64,000 nucleotides of DNA from an uncultured Actinomycetes bacterium (GTDB taxonomy: Bacteria > Actinomycetota > UBA4738 > HRBIN12): the NCBI GenBank assembly GCA_963704725.1, contig OY969934.1, positions 128,001 through 192,000 of the forward strand, read 5' to 3'. Position 1 is the stretch's first letter. Every line of letters begins with the position of its first letter. The position numbers and the translations under genes are program-made. This document shows positions 48,561-58,342 of this stretch, piece by piece. The notes below the pieces were generated by a model. That model was given only the letters and a program-made list of their open reading frames with translations, did no database searches and was not told the DNA's origin.

Positions 48561-49634
48561 TCAGCCTCGCACGAGCTTGTAGATCCCTCCGAAGTCGCTG
48601 AAGAAGATCCGGCCGTTGGGCGCGACCTCGAAGGACAGGGTGCCGCCGCCGTGGTCCATGACCACGCTCCGCCGGACGATGCCCGTCCGCCGGGGGTTGA
48701 ACAGGAGTCGCGTGACGTCGCCGTTGTTGACGGCGCCGTGGAACGCCGCGCCCTCGCTCGGCGCGCCGAGGTGGCACCCGTGGCAGAACACGATCCCGGT
48801 GATGCCGATGACGGACCGGTAGAAGAGCCTGGGCCGGATGGGATGCGGGCCGTCCTGGTTCGTGTTGGCGGGCGACGATCCCCCGCAGGTCTCCGACGGC
48901 CCCCAGCCGTAGTTGCCTCCGCGCCGGATCCGGTTCACCTCGTCGTTGCACTGGGGCCCGTTCTCGGTCTCCCACAACGCGCCGGTCTCGGGGTCGAAGG
49001 CGAAGCCGAACGAGTTGCGGATCCCATACGCCCAGATGCGGTCGCCGAACGGGTTGGAATCCGGGACACCGCCGTCGGGGTCGATGCGGATGATCTTGCC
49101 CCGGTCGTTGTTCGAGAGGTCCTGGGCGTTCGAGGGGTCGTGCCCCTCGCCCACGATCGCGTAGAGCATGCCGTCGGGCCCGAACGCGATCCGTCCGCCG
49201 TTGTGGTACGGGCTCGAGCTCGCCGGCGCCGAGAAGAGCACGTTCTGCCCGGTCCCGCTCCCGCCGTCATCCCGGAACCGCAGGATCTCGTTGCGGAGCT
49301 CGCCTCCGTCCGTCCGGGTGGCGTAGACGTACACGAACGGCTGATCGGGATAGTCGGGGTGCAGCGCGATCCCGAGCATCCCTCTCTCACCCTGGTCGTT
49401 CACGCCGCCCACCGTGACGAACAGATCGTCCCGCCCCGTGTCGAGGTCGACCACCCGGACCTGGCCCGAGCTCTTCTCGACGTACCAGACCCGGTTCCCC
49501 GGACCGAAGGTGAACGCCACGGGCTCGTCGAGCCCGCCCACCACCCGGGTCGCGTGGATCGCGGAGGCCGCCGGGGCCGCCCACAGGACGAAGGCCGCCG
49601 CCGCGCACAGGACGATCCCCAGCCGTCCCCTCAT
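48561..49634 (-). CDS. Secreted PQQ-dependent sugar dehydrogenase (GSDH family)
   Basis: Signal peptide; GERGMLGIALHP, HNGGRIAFGPDG, YGIRN and GGNYGW motifs. Confidence 0.9.
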   Translation of the reverse strand: MRGRLGIVLCAAAAFVLWAAPAASAIHATRVVGGLDEPVAFTFGPGNRVWYVEKSSGQVRVVDLDTGRDDLFVTVGGVNDQGERGMLGIALHPDYPDQPFVYVYATRTDGGELRNEILRFRDDGGSGTGQNVLFSAPASSSPYHNGGRIAFGPDGMLYAIVGEGHDPSNAQDLSNNDRGKIIRIDPDGGVPDSNPFGDRIWAYGIRNSFGFAFDPETGALWETENGPQCNDEVNRIRRGGNYGWGPSETCGGSSPANTNQDGPHPIRPRLFYRSVIGITGIVFCHGCHLGAPSEGAAFHGAVNNGDVTRLLFNPRRTGIVRRSVVMDHGGGTLSFEVAPNGRIFFSDFGGIYKLVRG

Positions 49635-49681
49635 CCGTCGCTCCTCGTCTCGCCCATGGTCCGGTTACGATCCCGCCACCC

Positions 49682-51955
49682 ATGACCACGTCGATCTTCG
49701 GCGGCGCCGTGCGTCGCGTCGAGGACCCCCGATTCCTCACCGGGGAAGCCCGCTATGTCGACTCGATGCATCCCGAGGGCGCGCTGCACGCGGTGTTCGT
49801 CCGCTCCATCATGGCGCACGGGCGGATCTCGGGGATCGACGCCACCGCGGCAAGGGCGATGCCGGGGGTGGCGGCGGTCCTCGTGGCCTCGGACCTCGCC
49901 CTCGCGCCGCAGCCCCCGGCCGGCAACGTCATCGGTCCGTTCCATCGCCCGATCCCGGCGGCGGACGTCGTCCGGTACGCGGGCGAGCCGATCGCCCTGG
50001 TCCTGGCGGACCTCCCTGCGCTCGCGCTCGACGCCGCCGAGGCCGTGGTGGTCGAGCTCGACCCGCTCGAGCCGGTGCTCACCACCGAGGCCGCACTCGC
50101 CGCCGGCGCGCCGGAGCTGTTCCCGGGATCGGGCGGCAACCTCGCGCACGAGTTCGTCGAGGCGTGGGACGACGACGTGCTGGCCGGGTCGGAGGTCGTC
50201 GTCCGCGCCCGCGTCGTGCACCAGCGGCTGGCCCCCGCCCCGATGGAGACGAACGCGATCCTCGTCGAGCCGGCCGGCGACGCCCTGACGATCTGGGTCT
50301 CGACTCAGGTGCCGTTCGATGTGCGGAGCGACGTCGCCGAGTGGCTCGGGCTAGACCGTTCGAAGGTGCGGGTGGTGGCCCCCGACGTGGGCGGGGGGTT
50401 CGGCGCCAAGCTCCACGTCTATCCCGAGTACGTGATCTGCGCGGCGGCGGCGGCTCGGCTCGGACGTCCGGTGGCCTGGCAGGAGTCGAGGACGGAGAGC
50501 ATGGTGGGGCTCGGACACGGGCGGGCGCAGATCCACGACGTGGAGCTCGGAGCACGCCGGGACGGGACGCTCGTCGGCCTCCGGGTCGACATCCTGGCGG
50601 ACATGGGCGCGTATCCCGGCGCGGCGTACCTGCCCGCCACGACGAAGACGATGCTGCCCGGCGCCTACCGGATCCCGCGGGTCGCGGCGCGCGGACGGTC
50701 CGTCGTGACGAACACCGTGCCGACGTGCGAGTACCGCGGCGCGGGCCGCCCCGAGGCCGCCGCGACGATCGAGCGCGCGATGGACCTCCTGGCGTCCGAG
50801 CTGGCGATCGACCCGGTGGAGCTCCGGCGCCGCAACCTGATCCATCCCGACGAGCTCCCGTTCACCTCGGCGGTCGGCTCGATCTACGACGCGGCCGACT
50901 ACCCGGCGGCGCTCGAGCTCGCGCTCGGGACGGCGGGATACGAGGACCTTCGGGCGGCTCAGGCTCGCCGGCGGGAGCGGGGGGACACGCGGCAGCTCGG
51001 GATCGGGGTCGCGGTCTACGTCGAGGTGACCGGGTTCTCGCGCAAGGAGCTGGGCTCGGTCGAGATCCAGGGCGACGGTTCGGCGGTCGTGAGGGCCGGA
51101 ACGTCCTCGCACGGCCAAGGGCACGAGACCGCCTTCGCCCAGCTCGCGTCGGGCGTGCTCGGCCTGCCCATCAACCGCGTCCGCGTCGTCCACTCCGACA
51201 CGGCCGAGGTGCGCCGGGGCGAGGGGACGTTCGGCTCCCGGTCGCTGCAGATCGCCGGGACGTCCGTCTTCCGGGCGTCCGAGGAGGTCCTGGCGAAGGC
51301 GCGGGCCCTCGCCGCGCACCTGCTCGAGGCCTCGCCGGAGGACGTGGAGGCGATCGACGGCGGGTTCGCCGTCGCGGGCTCCCCCGAAACGTCGGTCTCG
51401 TGGGCCGACCTCGCGGCCGCGGCGAGCGACACCTCCTCGCTCCCCGAGGGGATGGAGCCGGGCCTGTTCGCCGAGGCCCGGCCGTTCCAGCGGGAGTACA
51501 CGTATCCGTTCGGCGCGCACGTCGCGGTGGTGGAGGTCGACGTCGAGACGGGGGACGTGCGCCTGCTCCGGCACGTCGCGGTCGACGACTGCGGGCGGAT
51601 CCTGAACCCCATGCTCGTCGAGGGTCAGGTGCACGGAGGGCTGGGGCAGGGGATCGCCCAGGCGCTGTACGAGGAGGTCCTCTACGACGAGCTCGGCAAC
51701 CCGCTCACGCCGAACCTCGCGACGTACGCGATGCCGGCCGCCTCAGAGCTCCCGTCGTTCGAGCGCGCGGTGATGGAGACGCCGACGCCGCTGAACCCCC
51801 TCGGCGCCAAGGGGATCGGCGAGTCGGCCACGGTCGGCTCGACGCCGGCCGTCGTGAACGCCGCGGTGGACGCGCTCGCCCCGTTCGGGGTTCGCCACAT
51901 CGACCCCCCGCTCACGCCCGAGCGCGTGTGGCGCGCGATCCGTGACGCACGATGA
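49682..51955 (+). CDS. Xanthine dehydrogenase-family molybdopterin-binding large subunit (CoxL form II-like)
   Basis: RVEDPRFLTG, DVGGGFGAK, YRGAGRPEA, GQGHET, VEGQVHGG and KGIGE motifs. Confidence 0.9.
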   Translation: MTTSIFGGAVRRVEDPRFLTGEARYVDSMHPEGALHAVFVRSIMAHGRISGIDATAARAMPGVAAVLVASDLALAPQPPAGNVIGPFHRPIPAADVVRYAGEPIALVLADLPALALDAAEAVVVELDPLEPVLTTEAALAAGAPELFPGSGGNLAHEFVEAWDDDVLAGSEVVVRARVVHQRLAPAPMETNAILVEPAGDALTIWVSTQVPFDVRSDVAEWLGLDRSKVRVVAPDVGGGFGAKLHVYPEYVICAAAAARLGRPVAWQESRTESMVGLGHGRAQIHDVELGARRDGTLVGLRVDILADMGAYPGAAYLPATTKTMLPGAYRIPRVAARGRSVVTNTVPTCEYRGAGRPEAAATIERAMDLLASELAIDPVELRRRNLIHPDELPFTSAVGSIYDAADYPAALELALGTAGYEDLRAAQARRRERGDTRQLGIGVAVYVEVTGFSRKELGSVEIQGDGSAVVRAGTSSHGQGHETAFAQLASGVLGLPINRVRVVHSDTAEVRRGEGTFGSRSLQIAGTSVFRASEEVLAKARALAAHLLEASPEDVEAIDGGFAVAGSPETSVSWADLAAAASDTSSLPEGMEPGLFAEARPFQREYTYPFGAHVAVVEVDVETGDVRLLRHVAVDDCGRILNPMLVEGQVHGGLGQGIAQALYEEVLYDELGNPLTPNLATYAMPAASELPSFERAVMETPTPLNPLGAKGIGESATVGSTPAVVNAAVDALAPFGVRHIDPPLTPERVWRAIRDAR

Positions 51956-52392
51956 GAGCCGTCCGGATGCTCGCGCTGACCGCGGCCTCGCTCTGCGCGG
52001 CGTGCTCGTCACCGGGGACGATCGGCGTGCCGGGACCCCTCGCACCCTCGGCGACCGAGACCCCCTCACCGGAGCCGAGCGCGACGAGCGGTGAGCGACC
52101 GGCGATCGCGGTGCGCACGCCGACGGCCGGCGACCAGCTCGTGTCCCCGATCACCGTCGCGGGGACGGCGGACGTGTCCGAGGCGCACGTGGGCGTCCGG
52201 GTCGTCGACGATCGGGGCGGCGAGCTGGCGGCCGTCGTCGCGACGACGGCGCAGGGGCGCTTCTCGGCCACGCTCGCGTTCTTCACGGACCGTCGGCAGC
52301 CCGGCGTGATCGAGGTCTTCGCAACTCGCGCCGAGGACGGCTCCGAGACCGACCTCGTCTCGGTCCCGGTGGTGCTCGTCCCCGGCTCCTGA
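51952..52392 (+). CDS. Lipoprotein with a Gmad2-like Ig domain
   Basis: Lipobox-like CAAC; P..GD...SPITVAGTA.V.EA motif. Confidence 0.7.
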   Translation: MRAVRMLALTAASLCAACSSPGTIGVPGPLAPSATETPSPEPSATSGERPAIAVRTPTAGDQLVSPITVAGTADVSEAHVGVRVVDDRGGELAAVVATTAQGRFSATLAFFTDRRQPGVIEVFATRAEDGSETDLVSVPVVLVPGS

Positions 52393-52413
52393 GCGGCTGC
52401 TAGGCTCCCCGGC

Positions 52414-54225
52414 ATGGCCGCGGACGGGGAAGCCCCGCTCTGGGAGCAGCGCTTCCGCGCTGCGACGCAGACGTTCCCGCACTGGTCCCGCGCCATGCCG
52501 GACCGCCTCGTCTACCTCTCGGACGAGGAGGGAGCTTCCCAGGTCTACGCGGCCGATCGGAGCGGCGAACTTCACCGCCGTTCTGACGAGTCCGTGGGCG
52601 TGAGCCTGGCGACGATCTCGGCGGACGGTGCGGAGGTGGTCTGGTTCTCCGATCCCACCGGCGACGAGTCGGGCCGGTGGGTCGCCGCGCCGTTCGAGGG
52701 TGGCGAGGTTCGAGACCTCCTGCCCGGCGCGCCGATCGGGTGGCCCGACGGGCTGGCCGTGGGGCGCGACCTCGCGCTCGGCGTCCTCGCCGACCGCGAT
52801 GGGTTCGCCGTCCACGTCTCGGAGAGGGGCGGGCCGGCGCGCGTCGTCATGCGAGATCTCGACCAGATCTCGTTCTCGGCGACCGACTACCACGTGGAGG
52901 GCCTCGACCGCGTTGGCCTCTGCCCGGACGAGACCCTCGCGTGCGTCGAGGTCGCGCAGGGCGGCGACAACATCCACCGCGCCCTCCGCGTGTTCGAGCC
53001 GAGGACGGGGTCGGTCGTGGCCGAGCTGGCGGACGGGCCTGGGTTCGGGCTCGGAGCGTTCGCGTGGTCTCCCGTGGCCGGGGACCGCCGGCTGCTGATC
53101 GGGCACGAGCTACAGGACCGCATGCGCCCGTCCATCTGGGACCCCGTCTCGGGGGAGCGTCTCGACCTGGCCGTCGATCTCCCCGGGGACGCGATCCCGG
53201 TCGACTGGTGGCCGGACGGGAGCGCGATCCTGCTGGACCACCTGTACCGGGGGCGCGACCGCCTCTACCGGTGCGATCTGGCCACGGGGGCGCTGACCGA
53301 GATCCTCCATCCTCGGGGAGAGATCCTGGGGGCGGCCGTCCGCCCGAACGGCGAGGTCTGGCTCCGCGTCGCGAGCGGCGAGCGCGCGTCGCGCGTCCTG
53401 GAGGAGCACGGGGAGGAGGTGCTCCCCACCCCGGTGGCCGGGATCCGGGAGGGGACGCCGTACCGCGAGTGGCTGTTCCGCAACCCGGCCGGCGACACGA
53501 TCCACGGGTGGCTCGTCGTCCCCGAGGGCCCGGGTCCGTTCCCCACGTACCTCAAGGTCCACGGCGGTCCCAACTGGCTCTACCTCGACACCTGGTTCCC
53601 GGACGTGCAGATGCTGCTCGACCACGGGTTCGCGGTGGCGATGGTCAACTACCGAGGCTCGATCGGCTACGGGCGAGCGTTCCGGGACCACATCGTCGGC
53701 AACATCGGCTTCCCCGAGGTCGAGGACGTCGTCGCCGGTCTCGACGACCTGATCGCCCGGGGCATCGCCGATCCGGCTCGCGCGGTGATCGGCGGCTGGT
53801 CGTGGGGCGGGTATGTCACCCTCCTCGCCGTCGGAACGCACCCCGACCGGTTCGTCGCCGGGGTCGCCGGCGTTCCGGTGGGCGACTACATGGGCTCGTA
53901 CGACGACTCGGCGCCGGCCCTGCAGGCCTACGACCGATCGTTGATCGGCGGGGTCGTCCACGACCTCGCGGAGTTCGTCGCGGAGCGATCGCCGATCACG
54001 TACGTGGACCGGGTGCGGACGCCGGTGCTCGTCCTGGTCGGTGAGCACGACAGCCGGTGCGTCCCGGCCCAGGTCCACGCGTACGTCGACGCGCTTCGGG
54101 CGGCCGGCGGCGACACCGAGCTCTACTCGTACGACGAGGGCCACAGCTCGTTCGTGCTCGACGAGGAGGTCCGCGAGTGGCGGACGGTCCTCGACTTCCT
54201 TCGCCGCCGCGTCCCGGGGACCTAG
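52414..54225 (+). CDS. S9 family prolyl oligopeptidase / acylaminoacyl peptidase
   Basis: HGGP, NYRGS.GYG, GWSWGG nucleophile, GEHDSRC and EGH motifs. Confidence 0.92.
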   Translation: MAADGEAPLWEQRFRAATQTFPHWSRAMPDRLVYLSDEEGASQVYAADRSGELHRRSDESVGVSLATISADGAEVVWFSDPTGDESGRWVAAPFEGGEVRDLLPGAPIGWPDGLAVGRDLALGVLADRDGFAVHVSERGGPARVVMRDLDQISFSATDYHVEGLDRVGLCPDETLACVEVAQGGDNIHRALRVFEPRTGSVVAELADGPGFGLGAFAWSPVAGDRRLLIGHELQDRMRPSIWDPVSGERLDLAVDLPGDAIPVDWWPDGSAILLDHLYRGRDRLYRCDLATGALTEILHPRGEILGAAVRPNGEVWLRVASGERASRVLEEHGEEVLPTPVAGIREGTPYREWLFRNPAGDTIHGWLVVPEGPGPFPTYLKVHGGPNWLYLDTWFPDVQMLLDHGFAVAMVNYRGSIGYGRAFRDHIVGNIGFPEVEDVVAGLDDLIARGIADPARAVIGGWSWGGYVTLLAVGTHPDRFVAGVAGVPVGDYMGSYDDSAPALQAYDRSLIGGVVHDLAEFVAERSPITYVDRVRTPVLVLVGEHDSRCVPAQVHAYVDALRAAGGDTELYSYDEGHSSFVLDEEVREWRTVLDFLRRRVPGT

Positions 54226-55559
54226 TCGCCGCCCGTTACGAGGTAGATCCAGGTTCCGTCCTCGGCGATCCCGAGACGCGGCCCGAGATAGCCGCCCGAG
54301 CTCGCCATCTGGTCGATCTGCTCGTCCGAGAACCCGAGCCCATGGAGCTGCGCTCGGTCGACGTCCGAGAGGTGCTCGAGCGCCCCCGGGCGCATGAACG
54401 CCGGGAACACGTAGGTGACGTTCGTGCCCTCGGTGTCGTTGACCCAGAACGGGAGCGCGAGCAGCTGCGCGATGGTGTCGAACATCGACGGATCCTCTCG
54501 GAGGGCTCGCGTGAACCGTCGGGCATCGCCGAAGTCGTAGGCGAAGCGGCTCGGATCGACGAGCGCGTCGAGAGCGGCGGCGTCGTGGTCGACCGCCGCG
54601 AGCTGGATGGCGTCGTGGGCGGCGATGACCGCAGCCGGCAGCGGGGTCTCGCCGGAGGCGGGCGGCGGGGTCTCGCCTGGGGCAGGCGTCTCGGGAGCGA
54701 CGAGCGACGAGAGGGGAGACGCCATCGCGCCGAGCGCGGCCCCGTGCTCGTCGACGGCCTGAACCCACAGGACGGCCGACTCGAGGTCGACCCCCGCGAT
54801 GCTCACGCTCGCGCCGTAGGCGCCGCCGCTGGGCGTGGCCGTCGCGGCGGACGAGCCGGACTCGGGGACCGCCCCGTTCAGGACCTCGATCTGAAGGGCG
54901 GCGCCGTCGGGCAGATCGGAGGGGTTCGTCTGTACGGCGACGTCGGTGCCGTTGACGAGCGCCACCCACGTCCAGGCCTCGTCGAGCAGAGGGCTCGATA
55001 CCTTCACCACGCTCCAGATCCCGTCCGGTCCGGTCCGACCGAGCTGGGCGAGGTCGACGGTGATGGGGGGCACGTCCTCGCCGAAGGTCCGGTTCCGGAG
55101 CTCGACGAACCGCTCGTCCTGAGCAACGGTCGTGCGGACCTGCACGTCGTCCGGTTGCCAGCCGAACAGGTTGGTCGCGAGCATGGCGGCCGTCTGAGCG
55201 GGGTCGAGGTACATGGGTTGGTGTCCGTCGTCCACCTCCGCTTGCAGCCGGGCACTCTGGTCCGCCGTCGTGGCGGGCCAGAGTCCGGGGAAGCTGTCGG
55301 ACGGGATCCGGATAGCCCCAGTCGGCGACGGCGTGGGCATGACGCCGGAGGCCGCGGGGTCGGCCGCCTCCGAGGGCGACGCGATGCGCAGGGCCGAGAC
55401 GCCGCCGACAACGACGGCGAGGACGGTGGTCGCGGACACGAGCACGGTGGTGAACCGCCGGGCTCGAGCCCGCCTCACCACACGACGGGTCGAAGGCTCC
55501 ATCTCGACGGGCATCTCGCCGGCGAGGTCGTGCAGCAGGGTGGGCAGCCGCTCGCTCAT
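54222..55559 (-). CDS. Putative anti-sigma factor (short N-terminus, one TM, large extracytoplasmic region)
   Basis: L..LA...RARARR-TM pattern; starts 1 nt after the ECF sigma stop. Confidence 0.7.
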   Translation of the reverse strand: MSERLPTLLHDLAGEMPVEMEPSTRRVVRRARARRFTTVLVSATTVLAVVVGGVSALRIASPSEAADPAASGVMPTPSPTGAIRIPSDSFPGLWPATTADQSARLQAEVDDGHQPMYLDPAQTAAMLATNLFGWQPDDVQVRTTVAQDERFVELRNRTFGEDVPPITVDLAQLGRTGPDGIWSVVKVSSPLLDEAWTWVALVNGTDVAVQTNPSDLPDGAALQIEVLNGAVPESGSSAATATPSGGAYGASVSIAGVDLESAVLWVQAVDEHGAALGAMASPLSSLVAPETPAPGETPPPASGETPLPAAVIAAHDAIQLAAVDHDAAALDALVDPSRFAYDFGDARRFTRALREDPSMFDTIAQLLALPFWVNDTEGTNVTYVFPAFMRPGALEHLSDVDRAQLHGLGFSDEQIDQMASSGGYLGPRLGIAEDGTWIYLVTGGD

Positions 55560-55560
55560 C

Positions 55561-56079
55561 TCACTCGTCCTCCGGTAGCTCGTGCCGCAGGCGTTCCATC
55601 CCGCGGGAGACCATGGACTTGACGGTTCCGACGGCCACGCCGAGCGCTTCGGCGGTGTCGGCCTCGGAGAGGTCCTCGTAGAAGCGGAGCACGATCGCCG
55701 CGCGCTGCTCGGCACGGAGCGTCATCAGCGCCCGCCTGAGCCGGTCCCGGTCGCCCCGGTCGGGATCGGTGGATGCCTCCTCGGGGTGCTGCCGCTCCAG
55801 CCACGCCCGCTCCACCCGTCGGCGGCGGAAGTGCGACCGGGACAGGTTCACCACCGTGCGCCGCAGGTACCACCAGAACGCGTCCCGGTTCCGCAGGTCG
55901 TGGAACCGCCCGAGCACCTTGACGAAGGCGTCCTGGGCCAGGTCCTGGGCCAGCTCGCGGTCGCCGGTCAGCAGGTAGGCGAGCCGGAGCGCGTCCGGCG
56001 CGTGCACGCGATAGAGCTGCTCCAGCCCTCGGGCGTCCGTGCGTTCGGGTGCCTGCTCGCGCTCCTCGGTCACGACCAT
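55561..56079 (-). CDS. ECF sigma-70 factor (SigE family)
   Basis: LRLAYLLTGD..LAQDLAQDAF, YLRRTVVN and VLRFYEDLSE...GTVKS motifs. Confidence 0.92.
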   Translation of the reverse strand: MVVTEEREQAPERTDARGLEQLYRVHAPDALRLAYLLTGDRELAQDLAQDAFVKVLGRFHDLRNRDAFWWYLRRTVVNLSRSHFRRRRVERAWLERQHPEEASTDPDRGDRDRLRRALMTLRAEQRAAIVLRFYEDLSEADTAEALGVAVGTVKSMVSRGMERLRHELPEDE

Positions 56080-56099
56080 CTCACCCTGCCACGACGCAG

Positions 56100-56132
56100 A
56101 GGGCCCCCGGGGGGTTCCACCCCGGGGGCCCT
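56100..56132. terminator. 13-bp GC hairpin between gdhA and the ECF sigma gene
   Basis: AGGGCCCCCGGGG / CCCCGGGGGCCCT inverted repeat. Confidence 0.6.
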
Positions 56133-56154
56133 TGGAGCCGCGTGAGGCCGGTGC

Positions 56155-57516
56155 CTAGACGATGCCCTGATCGAGCATCGCGTCGGCGACCTTCACGAAG
56201 CCGGCGATGTTGGCCCCGAGCACGTAGTTGCCCGGGACCCCGTACTCCTCGGCGGTCTCGCGAGCCTGCTTGTGGATCGCCTTCATGATGTCCTTGAGGC
56301 GCTTGTCGACCTCCTCGCGGGCCCAGGCCACGCGGAGCGAGTCCTGGGACATCTCCAGCCCGGAGACCGCGACGCCGCCGGCGTTGGCGGCCTTGCCGGG
56401 GCCGTAGAGGATGCCGGCCTGGAGGAACTGCTCGACGCCCTCTGGGATCGTCGGCATGTTCGCGCCCTCGCTCACGACGAAGACGCCGCCGTTCAGCAGG
56501 TTGGCCGCGTCCTTGGCGTTGATCTCGTTCTGCGTGGCGCTCGGGAACGCGCAGTCGGCGGGGATGCTCCACAGCGGGTTCGCGTCGGCCGTGGGGTCTA
56601 CGGGTGCGTAGGTCGAGCCGGGGAACCGCTCGACGTACTCGCTGATCCGGCCCCGGCGCACATTCTTCAGCTCCATCACCCAGGCCAGCTTCTCGTTGTC
56701 GATGCCGGCCGGATCGTGGACGAAGCCGCCGGAATCCGACAGCGTGACGGCCTTCGCGCCCATGTGCAGGAGCTTCTCGACCGTGTACTGCGCGACGTTG
56801 CCGCTCCCGGACACGAGGCAGGTCTTGCCCTCGAGGGAGTCATCGCGAGTGCCGAGCATCTCGTGCGCGAAGTACACCGCGCCGTAGCCGGTCGCCTCGG
56901 GACGGATCAGCGAGCCGCCCCAGTCGACGCCCTTGCCGGTCAGGACGCCGGTGAACTCGTTCCTGATCCGCTTGTACTGCCCGAAGAGGAAGCCGATCTC
57001 GCGGCCGCCCACGCCGATGTCGCCGGCCGGGACGTCCGTGTTCGGGCCGATGTGCCGCGCCAGCTCGGTCATGAACGATTGGCAGAACCTCATGACCTCG
57101 TTGTCGCTCTTGCCCTTGGGGTCGAAGTCCGCGCCGCCCTTGCCGCCGCCCATGGGCAGCGTGGTCAGGGCGTTCTTGAGGACCTGCTCGAACGCGAGGA
57201 ACTTCAGCAGTCCGAGGTAGACGGTGGGGTGGAAGCGCAGGCCGCCCTTGTACGGGCCGATCGCGCTGTTCATCTCGACCCGGTATCCCCGGTTGACCTG
57301 GACCTCGCCGTGGTCGTCCACCCACGGCACCCGGAACATGATCACGCGCTCGGGCTCGATGATGCGCTCGAGCACCTTCGCCTCGCGGTACCGGGGCTTC
57401 CGATCCAGGACCGGCTCCAGCGACTCGACGACTTCCCGAACCGCCTGATGGAACTCCGGCTCTCCCGGGTTCTTGGTTGTGACCTGCGCCAACAGGTCCT
57501 CGACGTACGCGCCCAT
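56155..57516 (-). CDS. gdhA: NADP-specific glutamate dehydrogenase
   Basis: EPEFHQAV, GPYKGGLRFHP, GGGKGG, DVPAGDIGVG, RPEATGYG and EGANMP motifs. Confidence 0.97.
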   Translation of the reverse strand: MGAYVEDLLAQVTTKNPGEPEFHQAVREVVESLEPVLDRKPRYREAKVLERIIEPERVIMFRVPWVDDHGEVQVNRGYRVEMNSAIGPYKGGLRFHPTVYLGLLKFLAFEQVLKNALTTLPMGGGKGGADFDPKGKSDNEVMRFCQSFMTELARHIGPNTDVPAGDIGVGGREIGFLFGQYKRIRNEFTGVLTGKGVDWGGSLIRPEATGYGAVYFAHEMLGTRDDSLEGKTCLVSGSGNVAQYTVEKLLHMGAKAVTLSDSGGFVHDPAGIDNEKLAWVMELKNVRRGRISEYVERFPGSTYAPVDPTADANPLWSIPADCAFPSATQNEINAKDAANLLNGGVFVVSEGANMPTIPEGVEQFLQAGILYGPGKAANAGGVAVSGLEMSQDSLRVAWAREEVDKRLKDIMKAIHKQARETAEEYGVPGNYVLGANIAGFVKVADAMLDQGIV

Positions 57517-57642
57517 GCCCTCCTCCTCACGCGGACTCTGCGGTGCCAGCGTGCCTCTCGGAGGCTACCTCCGTGCAGGTCGGAAGGCCCAGCGGCGGTG
57601 GGTCGGACGGCCCGGACCACGCGTACACTCGCGCCGAGCCCC

Positions 57643-57900
57643 ATGAGCATCTGGGTCGTCCTCACCGCCATCGCGATCGGGCTGGTCATCGCCTGGATCG
57701 GCATCACGGCGCTGCGGGCCGCCTCGGGGACCGGCGCGCCCCGCGGTCGCCCCGACGTGGAGGACGTCGAGGAGCTGGAGGTCTTCCTGGTCTGCCGCGA
57801 CTGCGGCACCGAGTTCCGGGTGACCCGGCTCGGCGAGCTGCAGATCCCCCGACACTGCGGCGAGCCGATGGAGGTCGTCCACCGCCCCGTTCCGGGCTGA
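57643..57900 (+). CDS. 85-aa membrane-anchored zinc-ribbon protein
   Basis: N-terminal TM, then CRDCG ... PRHCGEPM; divergent from gdhA. Confidence 0.75.
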   Translation: MSIWVVLTAIAIGLVIAWIGITALRAASGTGAPRGRPDVEDVEELEVFLVCRDCGTEFRVTRLGELQIPRHCGEPMEVVHRPVPG

Positions 57901-57902
57901 GC

Positions 57903-58068
57903 TTCTGCACGTTCTTCCCCACGTTCTCCCCATCGGACGGCCATGTTCCGGCCACATGTCCCGAGCTTGTCCCCAGCCCCGGCGGGGTTTCCCCAGCCGC
58001 GCGAACGCCCCATGAACCCGAGGAGACGGGGAGGGGGACATCCACACCTGTGGACGGGGTGGGGAAAA
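57903..58068. promoter_or_regulatory. DnaA-box cluster downstream of crgA
   Basis: TCTTCCCCA 57913, TTCTCCCCA 57924, TTGTCCCCA 57967, GTTTCCCCA 57987, ACATCCACA 58038, TGTGGACGG 58049, TGGGGAAAA 58060. Confidence 0.7.
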
Positions 58069-58083
58069 TCACACGGATGTGAT

Positions 58084-58329
58084 TCAGCGCCACTGCGTGG
58101 CTGCGGCGAACCCGGCGGCGATGAGCCCGAGGCCCACCCACAGCCAGTACTGCTGCGTCCCGCCGGGGATGAAGTCCATGTAGTTCAGGACGATGAGGGC
58201 CACCCCGAGCAGGATGAGCCCGAGGACGAGGAAGCCGTACCAGGTCGGGCTGGCCTTGGGTCGCGGCTTCGTGGGCGGTGTCGCGTAGGGCCGGGACGTT
58301 CGTCGCTGGCGTGAACGGGACTTCGGCAT
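58084..58329 (-). CDS. crgA: Cell division protein CrgA
   Basis: MPKSRSR N-terminus, SPTWY, two TMs, C-terminal TQWR. Confidence 0.9.
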   Translation of the reverse strand: MPKSRSRQRRTSRPYATPPTKPRPKASPTWYGFLVLGLILLGVALIVLNYMDFIPGGTQQYWLWVGLGLIAAGFAAATQWR

Positions 58330-58342
58330 GACGCGCCAGATG

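Noticed and set aside
49682-51955. Aerobic CO dehydrogenase (form I coxL)
   Set aside because: It lacks the AYxCSFR Cu-binding loop and the coxMS/accessory genes
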